A stretch of 44,446 nucleotides of DNA. Source: a virus. Position 1 is the first letter of the stretch. Every line of letters starts with the position of its first letter. Shown piece by piece: positions 8,640 through 16,686 of the stretch. A model generated the notes under the pieces. The model ran no database searches and was not told the origin of the DNA. It worked only from the letters and a program-made list of their open reading frames with translations. Made by a program: the position numbers and the translations under genes. The stretch is taken from the IMG/VR virus record IMGVR_UViG_3300040801_002133, positions 1-44,446 of that record. One strand, written 5' to 3'.

Positions 8640-8844
8640 CTTTAATCTCCTCGTCATGCAAGATGACTGCTGATTGATTCCCAGAAGGATCAGTTTCGTA
8701 TCGCGTGATCAATACCCTGTAGACGTCTTGCGATTTAAAACCGGGATACAACTCTCTCAACGTGTCGAGCGCCGACTGCCAAGTGTCGTGCTCCCACTCT
8801 TCAACAAAATGCTGTGAGTGCAGCCTCAGTACGAACGTCTTCAT
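8626..8844 (-). CDS. Hypothetical protein.
   Basis: ORF with an AAGGAAA SD. No motif was recognised. Confidence 0.4.
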   Translation of the reverse strand: MKTFVLRLHSQHFVEEWEHDTWQSALDTLRELYPGFKSQDVYRVLITRYETDPSGNQSAVILHDEEIKDETI

Positions 8845-9253
8845 GGCTTTTCCTTTGATTGATTGTTGGCGCAGGACAATACAACCTAACGCCCTTGTCG
8901 TCCAGATTGCTCAAGCACTCTTCAAGATAAGCTGGATTGTGCTCAGGATAGTTGAGGAATATTCGCCGATCGCCGTTCGGCAGTTTCTTAGCGTCCACGT
9001 ACCCAATTCCCCGACCGCGCCAGGTCTTGAAGGTCCACTTAACATCGCAACATACGCTATGTTGCAATTCTAGGTACCGCATAACTTCCATGTGGTACTG
9101 ATAAAGCATTTCGTAGTGGTGGTTGAATACGTAATCGACCGTTGCGTGAGGCTTGCCCCAGCCTAACCCGCGCAAAGCGCAACATTCTCTATGTTGCCCT
9201 TGTAGCCATTGCTTGGGCAATTGAGGCAATAATTGGTAGTGCCATAGTCTCAT
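8801..9253 (-). CDS. Pyrimidine-dimer DNA glycosylase family protein (DenV/TIGR02328-like).
   Basis: MRLWHYQLLPQLPKQWLQGQHRECCALRGLGWGKPHATVDYVF is the characteristic N-terminus of this family. AGGAGAA SD. The track ORF start at 9373 is upstream in non-coding repeats. Confidence 0.65.
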   Translation of the reverse strand: MRLWHYQLLPQLPKQWLQGQHRECCALRGLGWGKPHATVDYVFNHHYEMLYQYHMEVMRYLELQHSVCCDVKWTFKTWRGRGIGYVDAKKLPNGDRRIFLNYPEHNPAYLEECLSNLDDKGVRLYCPAPTINQRKSHEDVRTEAALTAFC

Positions 9254-9311
9254 GTCAGTAGTTCTCCTGTATTGATGATTGATGGTTGTGTGCTTCCCTA
9301 CTTCTAAATAA

Positions 9312-9340
9312 ATTTTGATCATTTTGGAACGAAAAGTCAA
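9312..9340 (-). promoter_or_regulatory. Sigma70-type promoter: TTGACT-N17-CAAAAT.
   Basis: Minus strand reads cgcTTGACT tttcgttccaaaatgat CAAAAT, about 60 nt upstream of the glycosylase start. Confidence 0.55.
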
Positions 9341-9367
9341 GCGATTTTTTCGCGCGGACGCGACTTC

Positions 9368-9403
9368 GCGCAAATCCTACGCTGGCTAGGGTTTGCGGGC
9401 GAC
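9368..9403. repeat. 36-bp direct repeat copy 1, containing TCCTA-N7-TAGGG.
   Basis: gcgcaaatcctacgctggctagggtttgcgggcgac. It matches copy 2 at 34 of 36 positions. Confidence 0.85.
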
Positions 9404-9451
9404 GGGCGTAAGTCCTAGGAATTATAGGATTTTGTAAATCGCTTAAAAGCG

Positions 9452-9794
9452 CACGACGCTTGGCGCAATCCCTACGCTGGCTAGGGTTTGCGGGCGACTG
9501 GATTTTGAGTGATTCCGAGGGTTTACGCTGGATTCGGATTTCCACGACGTCTACACGACGCCTGCACGACGTTACAAAAAGGTAATAAAAACGAGTGAAA
9601 ACAGGCGGTTGCCGATTTCCACGACGCGCACGACGCCTAAAATGAGATTGATTCGTTTTTGTATTTTTAAAGAAAAATCGACTTTTTACGCGTCGTGTCC
9701 GTCGTGGACTTTCACCGATCGGCGACTGGCTAGCGTTTAAGGTGTGTTTTGTAACGTCGTGCAGGCGTCGTGTTGGCGTAGTGCTCACGTCGTG
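9452..9794. repeat. Iteron field and putative replication origin. It has 11 CACGACG heptamers, 6 forward and 5 reverse, around an AT-rich core.
   Basis: Forward copies start at 9452, 9543, 9554, 9565, 9620 and 9629. Reverse (CGTCGTG) copies start at 9691, 9700, 9755, 9766 and 9788. There is a perfect 22-bp inverted repeat, 9554-9575 with 9751-9772. The AT-rich centre is about 9640-9690. Confidence 0.6.
9463..9498. repeat. 36-bp direct repeat copy 2, containing CCCTA-N7-TAGGG.
   Basis: gcgcaatccctacgctggctagggtttgcgggcgac, 95 bp downstream of copy 1. Confidence 0.85.
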
Positions 9795-9923
9795 GATTTT
9801 AGAGACAGTTTCTCTTAAACAACACAGCTTATAAGCTTTTAATATTGTCTATTAAAAACCTATAAGCTATTGTTTTAAAGGGGTGCTTTTAAGGGGAGAC
9901 TGTCGGTAGGCGAGTAAACAGTA

Positions 9924-10124
9924 TTAGTAACTAATGCCAGTCTTCTCTTGACAGTCGATGTCAGTATCGCAATCCACGTATCTTCCAGTTTCCAGGTCGA
10001 GCAGTTGACTGCCGATCGCATATCGGTGGTAGTTGGCCACCAGTAGAGAATTCTTAGGCGTAGCAACCAGAGTTAAGCAAGCACTCAGGCAAGCGGCGAT
10101 TACTAATAAGCAGATAGCTTTCAT
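9924..10124 (-). CDS. Small secreted lipoprotein.
   Basis: Signal peptide MKAICLLVIAACLSAC with lipobox L-S-A-C. AGGAGA SD. Confidence 0.6.
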   Translation of the reverse strand: MKAICLLVIAACLSACLTLVATPKNSLLVANYHRYAIGSQLLDLETGRYVDCDTDIDCQEKTGISY

Positions 10125-10196
10125 GTCAGTAGGTCTCCTGTGTTGATTGCGACCCTGCTATGGTAGCCAGGGTCGTTGGTGGTTGGCAGATGGCCG

Positions 10197-10703
10197 TTAG
10201 TCGATCGGATTACCCATCCATCCTTTGGGCTGCTTCTTACCAGTGCCGATCAGCGTCCAGGCTTCGTTTTCCTCGTCAAGCTCAACCCAGAACCGATCTT
10301 TGGCATCAGCGTTCTTGAGATTCTCGCGAATCTTGGCACGAATCTCTCCACGCCCCATCTTCAATGCTTTGAAGAGATCAAGCTCAGATACTTGATCGCC
10401 AACGTCTTTGAGGCTCGCCTTCAACGTTTCCATGAAGACGTTCTTGCGTGCACCGCCACCTCCACCGCCTGATCGTTTAACAGCCAGGCTCTTGATCGCG
10501 CCTTGTACGTCGCTTGGAAGAGTATCGAACATCGCATCTTCGATGAACAGCCCCAGAGTGCCAACTGCTGCTTTCTTCTCTCTTTCGATCCTCTTGGCAC
10601 GAATCATCGCCCATTGCTCTTTCTCTGGTTTGTCTTCAAAACCAGCAGCAGGAGTGTAGTCGATTGCGGAACAGGCTTCTTGGATAGTCATAGTCTCTTG
10701 CAT
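10197..10703 (-). CDS. Hypothetical early protein, the first gene of the leftward operon.
   Basis: AAGGAGGA SD before MQETMT. Gly-rich linker SGGGGGGA. No motif was recognised. Confidence 0.5.
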   Translation of the reverse strand: MQETMTIQEACSAIDYTPAAGFEDKPEKEQWAMIRAKRIEREKKAAVGTLGLFIEDAMFDTLPSDVQGAIKSLAVKRSGGGGGGARKNVFMETLKASLKDVGDQVSELDLFKALKMGRGEIRAKIRENLKNADAKDRFWVELDEENEAWTLIGTGKKQPKGWMGNPID

Positions 10704-10778
10704 GGTGTCCTCCTTGGACAGTAGACCAGGATTGGTCTTGGTTAAATTCGGTTGGCTCATCCAACCTTGTTAAGAAAA

Positions 10779-10807
10779 ATTTTGATTCATCTCGCATCGA
10801 ATGTCAA
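10779..10807 (-). promoter_or_regulatory. Leftward early promoter: TTGACA-N17-CAAAAT with an A/T-rich UP-like tract.
   Basis: Minus strand reads cgcTTGACA ttcgatgcgagatgaat CAAAAT, preceded by aaaataaaaatcattaaaaacgaaaaaaag. Confidence 0.6.
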
Positions 10808-10891
10808 GCGGAAAAACAACTTTTTTTCGTTTTTAATGATTTTTATTTTGCGCTCCGCAAACGATAGCAAACAAAGGGATAGCGGCGAGCA

Positions 10892-10916
10892 GCAAACCCT
10901 ATAGGCGCTAGGGATT
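10892..10916. repeat. Inverted third copy of the core of the 36-bp repeat (CCCTA-N7-TAGGG).
   Basis: gcaaaccctataggcgctagggatt compared with the reverse complement of aatccctacgctggctagggtttgc. Confidence 0.7.
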
Positions 10917-11094
10917 CGGGGTATGGTGGGGGATGATCCGATCGTCGCCGCGCGGCACTTGTCCACCCGTCACCCGACAATCCTCCACCTAACAAAACAT
11001 AACCTGAAAATTAACCCCAACCACCGCCACCACAAAACAAGCCTTAAAAACAAAACAAACCTTAAACGCTACACTCACTAGGCCAAAATATCCC

Positions 11095-11123
11095 TTGACT
11101 TTCATCAAGAAACATGCAATAAT
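11095..11123 (+). promoter_or_regulatory. Rightward promoter for the packaging and structural arm: TTGACT-N17-AATAAT.
   Basis: TTGACT ttcatcaagaaacatgc AATAAT, about 80 nt upstream of the first plus-strand gene. Confidence 0.45.
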
Positions 11124-11200
11124 TTCCTCAAGAAAAAATAAAAGAGCCGTTCGACAACCTACTATCGACAACAACGGCACCAGCAATCGACGGTAGTACA

Positions 11201-11722
11201 ATGAAAGAATCAGATTTAAAGAGCATACGCACCAACTACGACAAGATTGTGCATTTGTTAGAAGAAGCGAAACTGCCTCGTAGTGAAGTGGTAGAACAAG
11301 CAAAAAGCATGTTCCCGGACTTCAGCGATCAGAACTTCTATGACAAAGTCATTGGTCCATATGAGATTGAAGTGTATATGGATTCAAGAGGCAAAGGTCT
11401 GTCTGTAGAAGAGAGTGCACACAATGCTGAAATTTCTAACTTCGTGCTCAACCAAGCATTGCAAGGACAAGGATTGTCGCTTGAAAGGTTTGTCGCGCTA
11501 GTCAAAGCAGAGCTGTTCGCCAAGTCTAAACTAATAATAAACCTTCTCAACGTTATTGAAAAAGCAGAAAGCAACACAGAAGTGAACGCAGCAACTATAT
11601 TGCTAGAAAAGATTGCTCCTGAGCGCTACGGGAAGGCAGTTTCTGCGGTAAGCGACAAAACGGCGATTGAAAATACGCCTGTCTCGATAAGCTTTACTGT
11701 AAGAGAAGAAGATGAACATTGA
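11201..11722 (+). CDS. Putative terminase small subunit.
   Basis: Lies immediately upstream of, and overlapping, the large terminase. ATILLEKIAPERYGK resembles the conserved C-terminal motif of several TerS families. Confidence 0.5.
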   Translation: MKESDLKSIRTNYDKIVHLLEEAKLPRSEVVEQAKSMFPDFSDQNFYDKVIGPYEIEVYMDSRGKGLSVEESAHNAEISNFVLNQALQGQGLSLERFVALVKAELFAKSKLIINLLNVIEKAESNTEVNAATILLEKIAPERYGKAVSAVSDKTAIENTPVSISFTVREEDEH

Positions 11723-13040
11723 GCTTTCAGCTCCGCAAGCTGAGGCATATATGTCTACCGCCAAGCAAACTGCGGTTGTTTCAGGTTTTGGTGCAGGAAA
11801 GACTGAATTTGCAATGTTTAGATTGATAAGCACCGCTTTAAAGTTTCCTGAAGCAGACTTTTTATATTGTGCGCCTACAATCCCACTAATTAGAGACATT
11901 TTGTGGGCGAAGTTGGACGATTTTCTTCCAAAAATAGGCTTAAAGCATTCGTTAAACAAATCAGAATCCATAGTGTACCTGAAAGGTTTTGGAAAGATAT
12001 TCTGCAGGTCTATGGACAACCCTGAAAGATTGGTAGGCTTTGAAGTGTTAGACGCTTTCCTGGATGAGATGGACATATTGTCAACAGAAAAGGCAATTTC
12101 TATGTTCATGAAGGTCAAAGCCAGGTGTCGACAGAAGGTTGTCGATCGGGAAAAGTCCAATGGGAAGCTTGTTTACAAGAAGAATCAGATATTCGTCACT
12201 ACGACACCTGAAGGTTTTCGTGGGACGTATGAAATTTTCAAAAGAAGCCCGGCTCCAGACACCAAGCTCGTTCAGATGAGTACTTACTCTAACAGAAAAA
12301 ATCTTCCTGCTGACTACATTGATGATTTGAAGTCCTCCTATCCTCCTCAACTGATCTCTGCATATCTAGAAGGAGAGTTCGTCAATCTGAATAGTCTTGG
12401 TGTCTGGGCTTCTTTTGATGTTGAACACAACCACATGTCGACTGAAATTCGACCTGGCGAAACTTTACATACTGGACAGGACTTTAACGTAGGCAGAGGG
12501 TGTGCAGTGACTTGGGTTGAGCGTATTTTGCAGCCAGAGCACGAAAAGAACCCCACAAGCCAGCCGCTTAAGGTGTTTGTGGCAGCTCATGAAGTGATCG
12601 ACACTTTTGACACTCCTGATACGATTCGTGCGCTTAACGACCGTTTTCCTAAAGAGAAATTCGACGATCGTGTTTTGTATCCTGACAATACAGGAGACAA
12701 CAGAAAGAGTGTGAATGCTACGATTACTGACATTTCTATAATGAAGAGAGAAGGTTGGAGAGTGGTGCAGAGAGCGCATAATCCGCCTATCAAAGATCGA
12801 ATAACTTCCGCTAACGCAGCTTTTTGTACGGCAGATGGAGTAAGACGAGCGTTTGTAGATACGGAGAAGTGTCCAGTATTCACTGACTCTTTAGTCAAAC
12901 AGGCGTACGATAGGAATGGATTGCCTGAAAAAGGAGCAACGAAAGGAGATGATGTTACGGACGCGGGAACTTATCCTTTAGAGCACCATTTTCCTGTTAG
13001 GCCTAACAAAATGTTCGTTACTTCTGTAGGCGGACTATGA
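11712..13040 (+). CDS. terL: Terminase large subunit.
   Basis: Walker A SGFGAGKT, Walker B VLDAFLDEMD, coupling motif TTTPEG, and nuclease-domain acidic residues (GQDFNVG, DDVTDAG). Confidence 0.9.
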   Translation: MNIELSAPQAEAYMSTAKQTAVVSGFGAGKTEFAMFRLISTALKFPEADFLYCAPTIPLIRDILWAKLDDFLPKIGLKHSLNKSESIVYLKGFGKIFCRSMDNPERLVGFEVLDAFLDEMDILSTEKAISMFMKVKARCRQKVVDREKSNGKLVYKKNQIFVTTTPEGFRGTYEIFKRSPAPDTKLVQMSTYSNRKNLPADYIDDLKSSYPPQLISAYLEGEFVNLNSLGVWASFDVEHNHMSTEIRPGETLHTGQDFNVGRGCAVTWVERILQPEHEKNPTSQPLKVFVAAHEVIDTFDTPDTIRALNDRFPKEKFDDRVLYPDNTGDNRKSVNATITDISIMKREGWRVVQRAHNPPIKDRITSANAAFCTADGVRRAFVDTEKCPVFTDSLVKQAYDRNGLPEKGATKGDDVTDAGTYPLEHHFPVRPNKMFVTSVGGL

Positions 13041-13216
13041 TTGCCAAGACCACAAAACTTGTGTCTTCAGAAGACGTTTTGGAAAAACTTAGAGAAGTCA
13101 TTGTTCTTCCTGAAAAAATAAAATCAGTAACGATCGCTTTAAATATAGACGAGCCTGTAATCATAGACTCTACTTTTTACGCTTTGCCAATAAAAGAGGA
13201 AGAAGATGTCGAATAA
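13037..13216 (+). CDS. Small hypothetical ORF (59 aa) between the terminase and portal genes.
   Basis: Hand-translated as MIAKTTKLVSSEDVLEKLREV...KEEEDVE. ATGA overlap with the terL stop, and it overlaps the portal start. It falls below the ORF-track size cutoff. Confidence 0.35.
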   Translation: MIAKTTKLVSSEDVLEKLREVIVLPEKIKSVTIALNIDEPVIIDSTFYALPIKEEEDVE

Positions 13217-14705
13217 TGTAGATTACCAGCACGCCGAATATCGTGCAATGCTTCCTAGTTGGCAAAAGATGCACGACGCTTGTATTTCTGAGACTCATGT
13301 TCATTCCCTAGGAGAAGAGTATCTGCCTAGGCTGGACGAAATGGACGACGCTCAGTATAAAGCGTACACCAAAAGAGCCGAATTTCCTATGTTCGCTAGA
13401 CATGCTCTGGAAACTTTTCAGGGAATGACAATGCGAAAGCCCATAATCATAGAAGGGCTTGATAGAAATCATGAATTTCTGCAGAATATCGACAGCAAAG
13501 GTTCGACGATTGACGTATATGTTTCTAATTTGGTAGAGACGTTCTTAAGGTACAGACGAGCCGGAACATTAGTAGAATATCCTCCTTCAGATCCTAATCA
13601 GTCCAAAGCAGACGCAGAAAAGAACAATGTTCGCCCAAGGTTGGCCTTCTACGATCATTCGTCTATTATAAATTGGAAGACAGAAACAAAGAACAACCTT
13701 ACTGTGCTTAGTCTTGTTGTACTAAAAGAAGCGGAAGACGTCTCTAACGACGAGTTTACGCACGAGTATAAGAATCGTTACAGAGTACTTAAGTTAGAAA
13801 ACGGCGCCTACTTGCAAGAGGTCTACAATCACAACAAAGAGCTTGTAGAAATTAAGACTCCGTTAAAAAACAACAAACCGCTGAATTACATTCCTTTTGA
13901 AATTCATGGAGGAATTAAAGTGAAATCTCCGGCTGCTCTTCCATTAGTAGAGCAGAACTTTCATTGGTACATGAAAGATGCAGATTATCAGCACGGACTT
14001 CACTATACCGCATTGCCTACTCCTTGGGTGGTAGGAGTAGATCCTAAAGATCCAAACGCGCCTAAGACTATTGGTCCTCAAAAGCTTTGGATGCTCCCAA
14101 TAGGAGCTACTTGTGGAATGTTGGAATTCACAGGCAAAGGACTTGGGCAAGTTGCAGCTTCTATGCAAGACACTTTTGCTAATATTGTTCTTCTTGCTTC
14201 TCAAATTCTAGTGCCTAAGAGCGCTTACGACGAATCGGCTACTTCTTCTAGTATCAGAAGCGTATCTGAAACCGCAAGCCTTTCTGCAATGGTCAAAGGC
14301 TTAAGCGAAGAAATGACCAGAGTAATCAATTGGGCTTGCGAATGGGCAGGATATACAGAAGATAAAGTCCTTTTAGAAATAAATTCAGACTTCATGCCGA
14401 TGACGCTAAGCGGAGCAGATGTTTCTGCTTATGTGTCTGCTGTGATTAAGGAAGGCTTCAGCAAGCGAACTTTGTTTGAACTTCTTAAGAAAGGCGAGAT
14501 CATTGATGGCGACAGACAGCTTGAAGACGAGCTTGCTGACATAGAGAAAGAAGCCAAAGACAGGATGGACAAAGAGGTGGAGCTTGCTGACAGATTAGCT
14601 GAAAGTTCAGCTAAGTATACGACTAAATTTACGGAAAACCCTGACTCTAAGCAAAATGAAGGACAAGACGCAGCGACGCCAGCGCAAGTAGAAGGAAGAA
14701 GATAA
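13206..14705 (+). CDS. Portal protein.
   Basis: Position after terL and size of 499 aa. The N-terminal pattern YRAMLPSWQKM...EEYLPRL..M.DAQYKAYTKRAEFPMFARHALETFQGM resembles DUF4055-type portals. Confidence 0.75.
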   Translation: MSNNVDYQHAEYRAMLPSWQKMHDACISETHVHSLGEEYLPRLDEMDDAQYKAYTKRAEFPMFARHALETFQGMTMRKPIIIEGLDRNHEFLQNIDSKGSTIDVYVSNLVETFLRYRRAGTLVEYPPSDPNQSKADAEKNNVRPRLAFYDHSSIINWKTETKNNLTVLSLVVLKEAEDVSNDEFTHEYKNRYRVLKLENGAYLQEVYNHNKELVEIKTPLKNNKPLNYIPFEIHGGIKVKSPAALPLVEQNFHWYMKDADYQHGLHYTALPTPWVVGVDPKDPNAPKTIGPQKLWMLPIGATCGMLEFTGKGLGQVAASMQDTFANIVLLASQILVPKSAYDESATSSSIRSVSETASLSAMVKGLSEEMTRVINWACEWAGYTEDKVLLEINSDFMPMTLSGADVSAYVSAVIKEGFSKRTLFELLKKGEIIDGDRQLEDELADIEKEAKDRMDKEVELADRLAESSAKYTTKFTENPDSKQNEGQDAATPAQVEGRR

Positions 14706-14729
14706 ACCACCACACCACAGGAGAAGGAA

Positions 14730-15377
14730 ATGTCAGAAATTGATGAGGCAGTCAAAGCTGCAACAGAAGGACTTCTAGCTAAGAACAAAGAGCTTCTTAG
14801 GGAAGTCAAAACCGCGCAAGAAAAGCTTTCTAAGTTTTCTGATGTAGATCTTGAAGCACTGAACGCTGCTTCCGAAGAGCTTTCCAAGCTTAAGAACGAA
14901 AAGCTTGAAAAAGACGGTGAATACAAGAAAATGTACGAGACACAGAAGGAGCAGAGCGCTAAAGTGATCAAAGATTTAGAAAGCAAAAATCATGAGTTAG
15001 TCTCTGCACTGAAGACCACCAAAAAGAAAAATGCGCTTACAACGTCTTTGGCAGAAAGCGGAGTAATCCCTGAACTAATGGACGTTGCTGTAAATACTCT
15101 ACTAAGCGAAGTTTCAATTACAGACGACGATTCTGTCATGGCAGGTGAAAATCCAGTGTCAGATTTTGTCAAGAGTTGGACAGCTTCTGACGTAGGAAAG
15201 CACTTTGTGAATAGCGGAAATTCTGGCGGAGGAGGCAACGGCTCAGCAGAAGGAAGAGTTGATGCCGCTGAGAAGTTCTTCGACAAGAAGAGCGAGAGTT
15301 ACAACTTGACGGAACAAGGCAAGATCGCTAAAGGTGATCCAGAGCGTTTTAATAGATTGAAAGAAAAGTATAGTTAA
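14730..15377 (+). CDS. Scaffolding protein.
   Basis: Lies between portal and major capsid. Lys/Glu-rich coiled coil with a Gly-rich segment. Strong SD. Confidence 0.6.
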   Translation: MSEIDEAVKAATEGLLAKNKELLREVKTAQEKLSKFSDVDLEALNAASEELSKLKNEKLEKDGEYKKMYETQKEQSAKVIKDLESKNHELVSALKTTKKKNALTTSLAESGVIPELMDVAVNTLLSEVSITDDDSVMAGENPVSDFVKSWTASDVGKHFVNSGNSGGGGNGSAEGRVDAAEKFFDKKSESYNLTEQGKIAKGDPERFNRLKEKYS

Positions 15378-15470
15378 GCGGCTTTTAGATAGCGTCTAAA
15401 AGTAGCGCGAGATAAGTTTTGTAGGCAGAGCCTGCAAGACGTTCTGCTAGGGGCAGTATCTCTCTTAAAA

Positions 15471-15494
15471 AGGGGTACTTGCCCCTATTTTATT
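15471..15494 (+). terminator. Stem-loop with a T tract, terminator- or attenuator-like, between scaffold and capsid.
   Basis: aaaaAGGGGtacttgCCCCTattttatt. An additional 8-bp hairpin, CTTTTAGA/TCTAAAAG, lies at about 15383-15403. Confidence 0.4.
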
Positions 15495-15514
15495 GTCACT
15501 AAAGGAGAACTCAA

Positions 15515-16519
15515 ATGGCTGAAACAAGAATAACTGACGTATACGAGCCGCTTACATTTAATGGGGCGGTACAAGAAGCACAGACGGAGCTTAATCGCTT
15601 CATTCAAAGCGGAATCCTCGTAGAAGATCCAGCGCTGACTGAGATGGCGCAAACTGGAGGACGAACGGGTGAAATGCCGTTCTTCGCTCCTCTTGACACT
15701 TCTGCTGATCCTAATATCATGTCGGACAATCCGGCAAACCTTGCAACTCCTGGCAAGATTTCTGCTAAGAAGCAGATTTGGTATTCTGCCAATCTTCACA
15801 GGTCTTGGTCCACGATGAATCTTGCTCGGGATCTATCGCTTCAAGATCCTATGGCAGCGATTGTGAACAGGGTAGCTGCTTATTGGGCGACTGTCAATGA
15901 GAAGCGGCTTATCGCGGCGTGTAACGGTATTCTGGCGGACAACGACGCTAACGACTCCGATGACATGTTCGTAAGTATTTATTCTGACGTTGCGTCTCCT
16001 GCTTCTACAAACTACATTAGCGCGGAGGCGGTGCTGGACGCCAAGCAAACCATGGGCGATCATGCAGAAGCGCTGACTACTCTTGGAGTCCATTCTGTTA
16101 CTTACACCACGTTGCAAAAGCAGAATCTCGTCGACTATATCCCGGACGCAAGAGGAGAAGTAACTATTCCTACTTATCTTGGATATCGTCTCGTTGTTGA
16201 CGATTCTCTGACTGTTACTGCAGGAAGCAATACTCCTCAGTATACAACCATGCTGTTCTCTCCAGGCGCTTTTTCTCTTGGTTATGGACGCCTGTCTGTT
16301 CCTTCAGAAGTTGAGCGCGTAGAGAGTGCTGGTAATGGTGCTGGACAAGACATTCTCCATACACGTGAGAATATTGTAATTCACCCTTATGGATTTCAGT
16401 GTCTTGACGCAGGAATTGCAGGAAACAGCGCGACGCTAGCAGAATTGGCAGCAGCTGCTTGTTGGGACCGTGTAGTAGATCGTAAGCAAGTTGGTATTGC
16501 TTTTCTGCTGCATAACTAA
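15515..16519 (+). CDS. Major capsid protein.
   Basis: Position, size of 334 aa and a strong AAAGGAG SD. The composition and N-terminal pattern are typical of tailed-phage coat proteins. Confidence 0.75.
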   Translation: MAETRITDVYEPLTFNGAVQEAQTELNRFIQSGILVEDPALTEMAQTGGRTGEMPFFAPLDTSADPNIMSDNPANLATPGKISAKKQIWYSANLHRSWSTMNLARDLSLQDPMAAIVNRVAAYWATVNEKRLIAACNGILADNDANDSDDMFVSIYSDVASPASTNYISAEAVLDAKQTMGDHAEALTTLGVHSVTYTTLQKQNLVDYIPDARGEVTIPTYLGYRLVVDDSLTVTAGSNTPQYTTMLFSPGAFSLGYGRLSVPSEVERVESAGNGAGQDILHTRENIVIHPYGFQCLDAGIAGNSATLAELAAAACWDRVVDRKQVGIAFLLHN

Positions 16520-16530
16520 TAAGGCAGACC

Positions 16531-16686
16531 ATGGCGGAGACTAAGAAAAAGAAGACTGTTAAGAAAGAAATGGCGCTCGATCTTAACAGTCTTAATAAGA
16601 TGGCAAGAGAAGGTTACGAAAGAATCGGCAAGCCTCGTGGCGAAAGATTCAAGCGTAGCTATGTGCGCCAGGAACTGGAGAAGTAA
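16531..16686 (+). CDS. Small basic protein (51 aa), possibly head-associated.
   Basis: Hand-translated as MAETKKKKTVKKEMALDLNSLNKMAREGYERIGKPRGERFKRSYVRQELEK. TAATG coupling to the next gene. Below the ORF-track cutoff. Confidence 0.4.
   Translation: MAETKKKKTVKKEMALDLNSLNKMAREGYERIGKPRGERFKRSYVRQELEK

Noticed and set aside
9368-9498. Possible CRISPR array, suggested by the 36-bp direct repeats.
   Set aside because: There are only two direct copies, with a 59-bp interval, plus a distant inverted partial copy. No cas genes are present, and the repeat is itself an operator-like palindrome.
9255-9788. 177-aa minus-strand ORF covering the large intergenic region.
   Set aside because: The product is Arg/Ser/Pro-rich low-complexity sequence generated by reading through CG-rich iterons and direct repeats. 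It has no SD, and its region contains a promoter and repeat arrays. I treat it as non-coding.
10989-11303. 104-aa minus-strand ORF across the CA-rich tract and the terS start.
   Set aside because: It lies antisense to the late promoter and the start of terS. The composition-driven hydrophobic translation looks spurious.
14429-14986. 185-aa Ser/Leu-rich minus-strand ORF. Similar antisense ORFs occur at 1951-2598, 3216-3716, 5355-5765, 11603-12160 and 38170-38631.
   Set aside because: These are antisense shadows of confidently identified genes (portal/scaffold, SSB-like, SNF2, ligase, terminase, polymerase). They have low-complexity translations and no translation signals.
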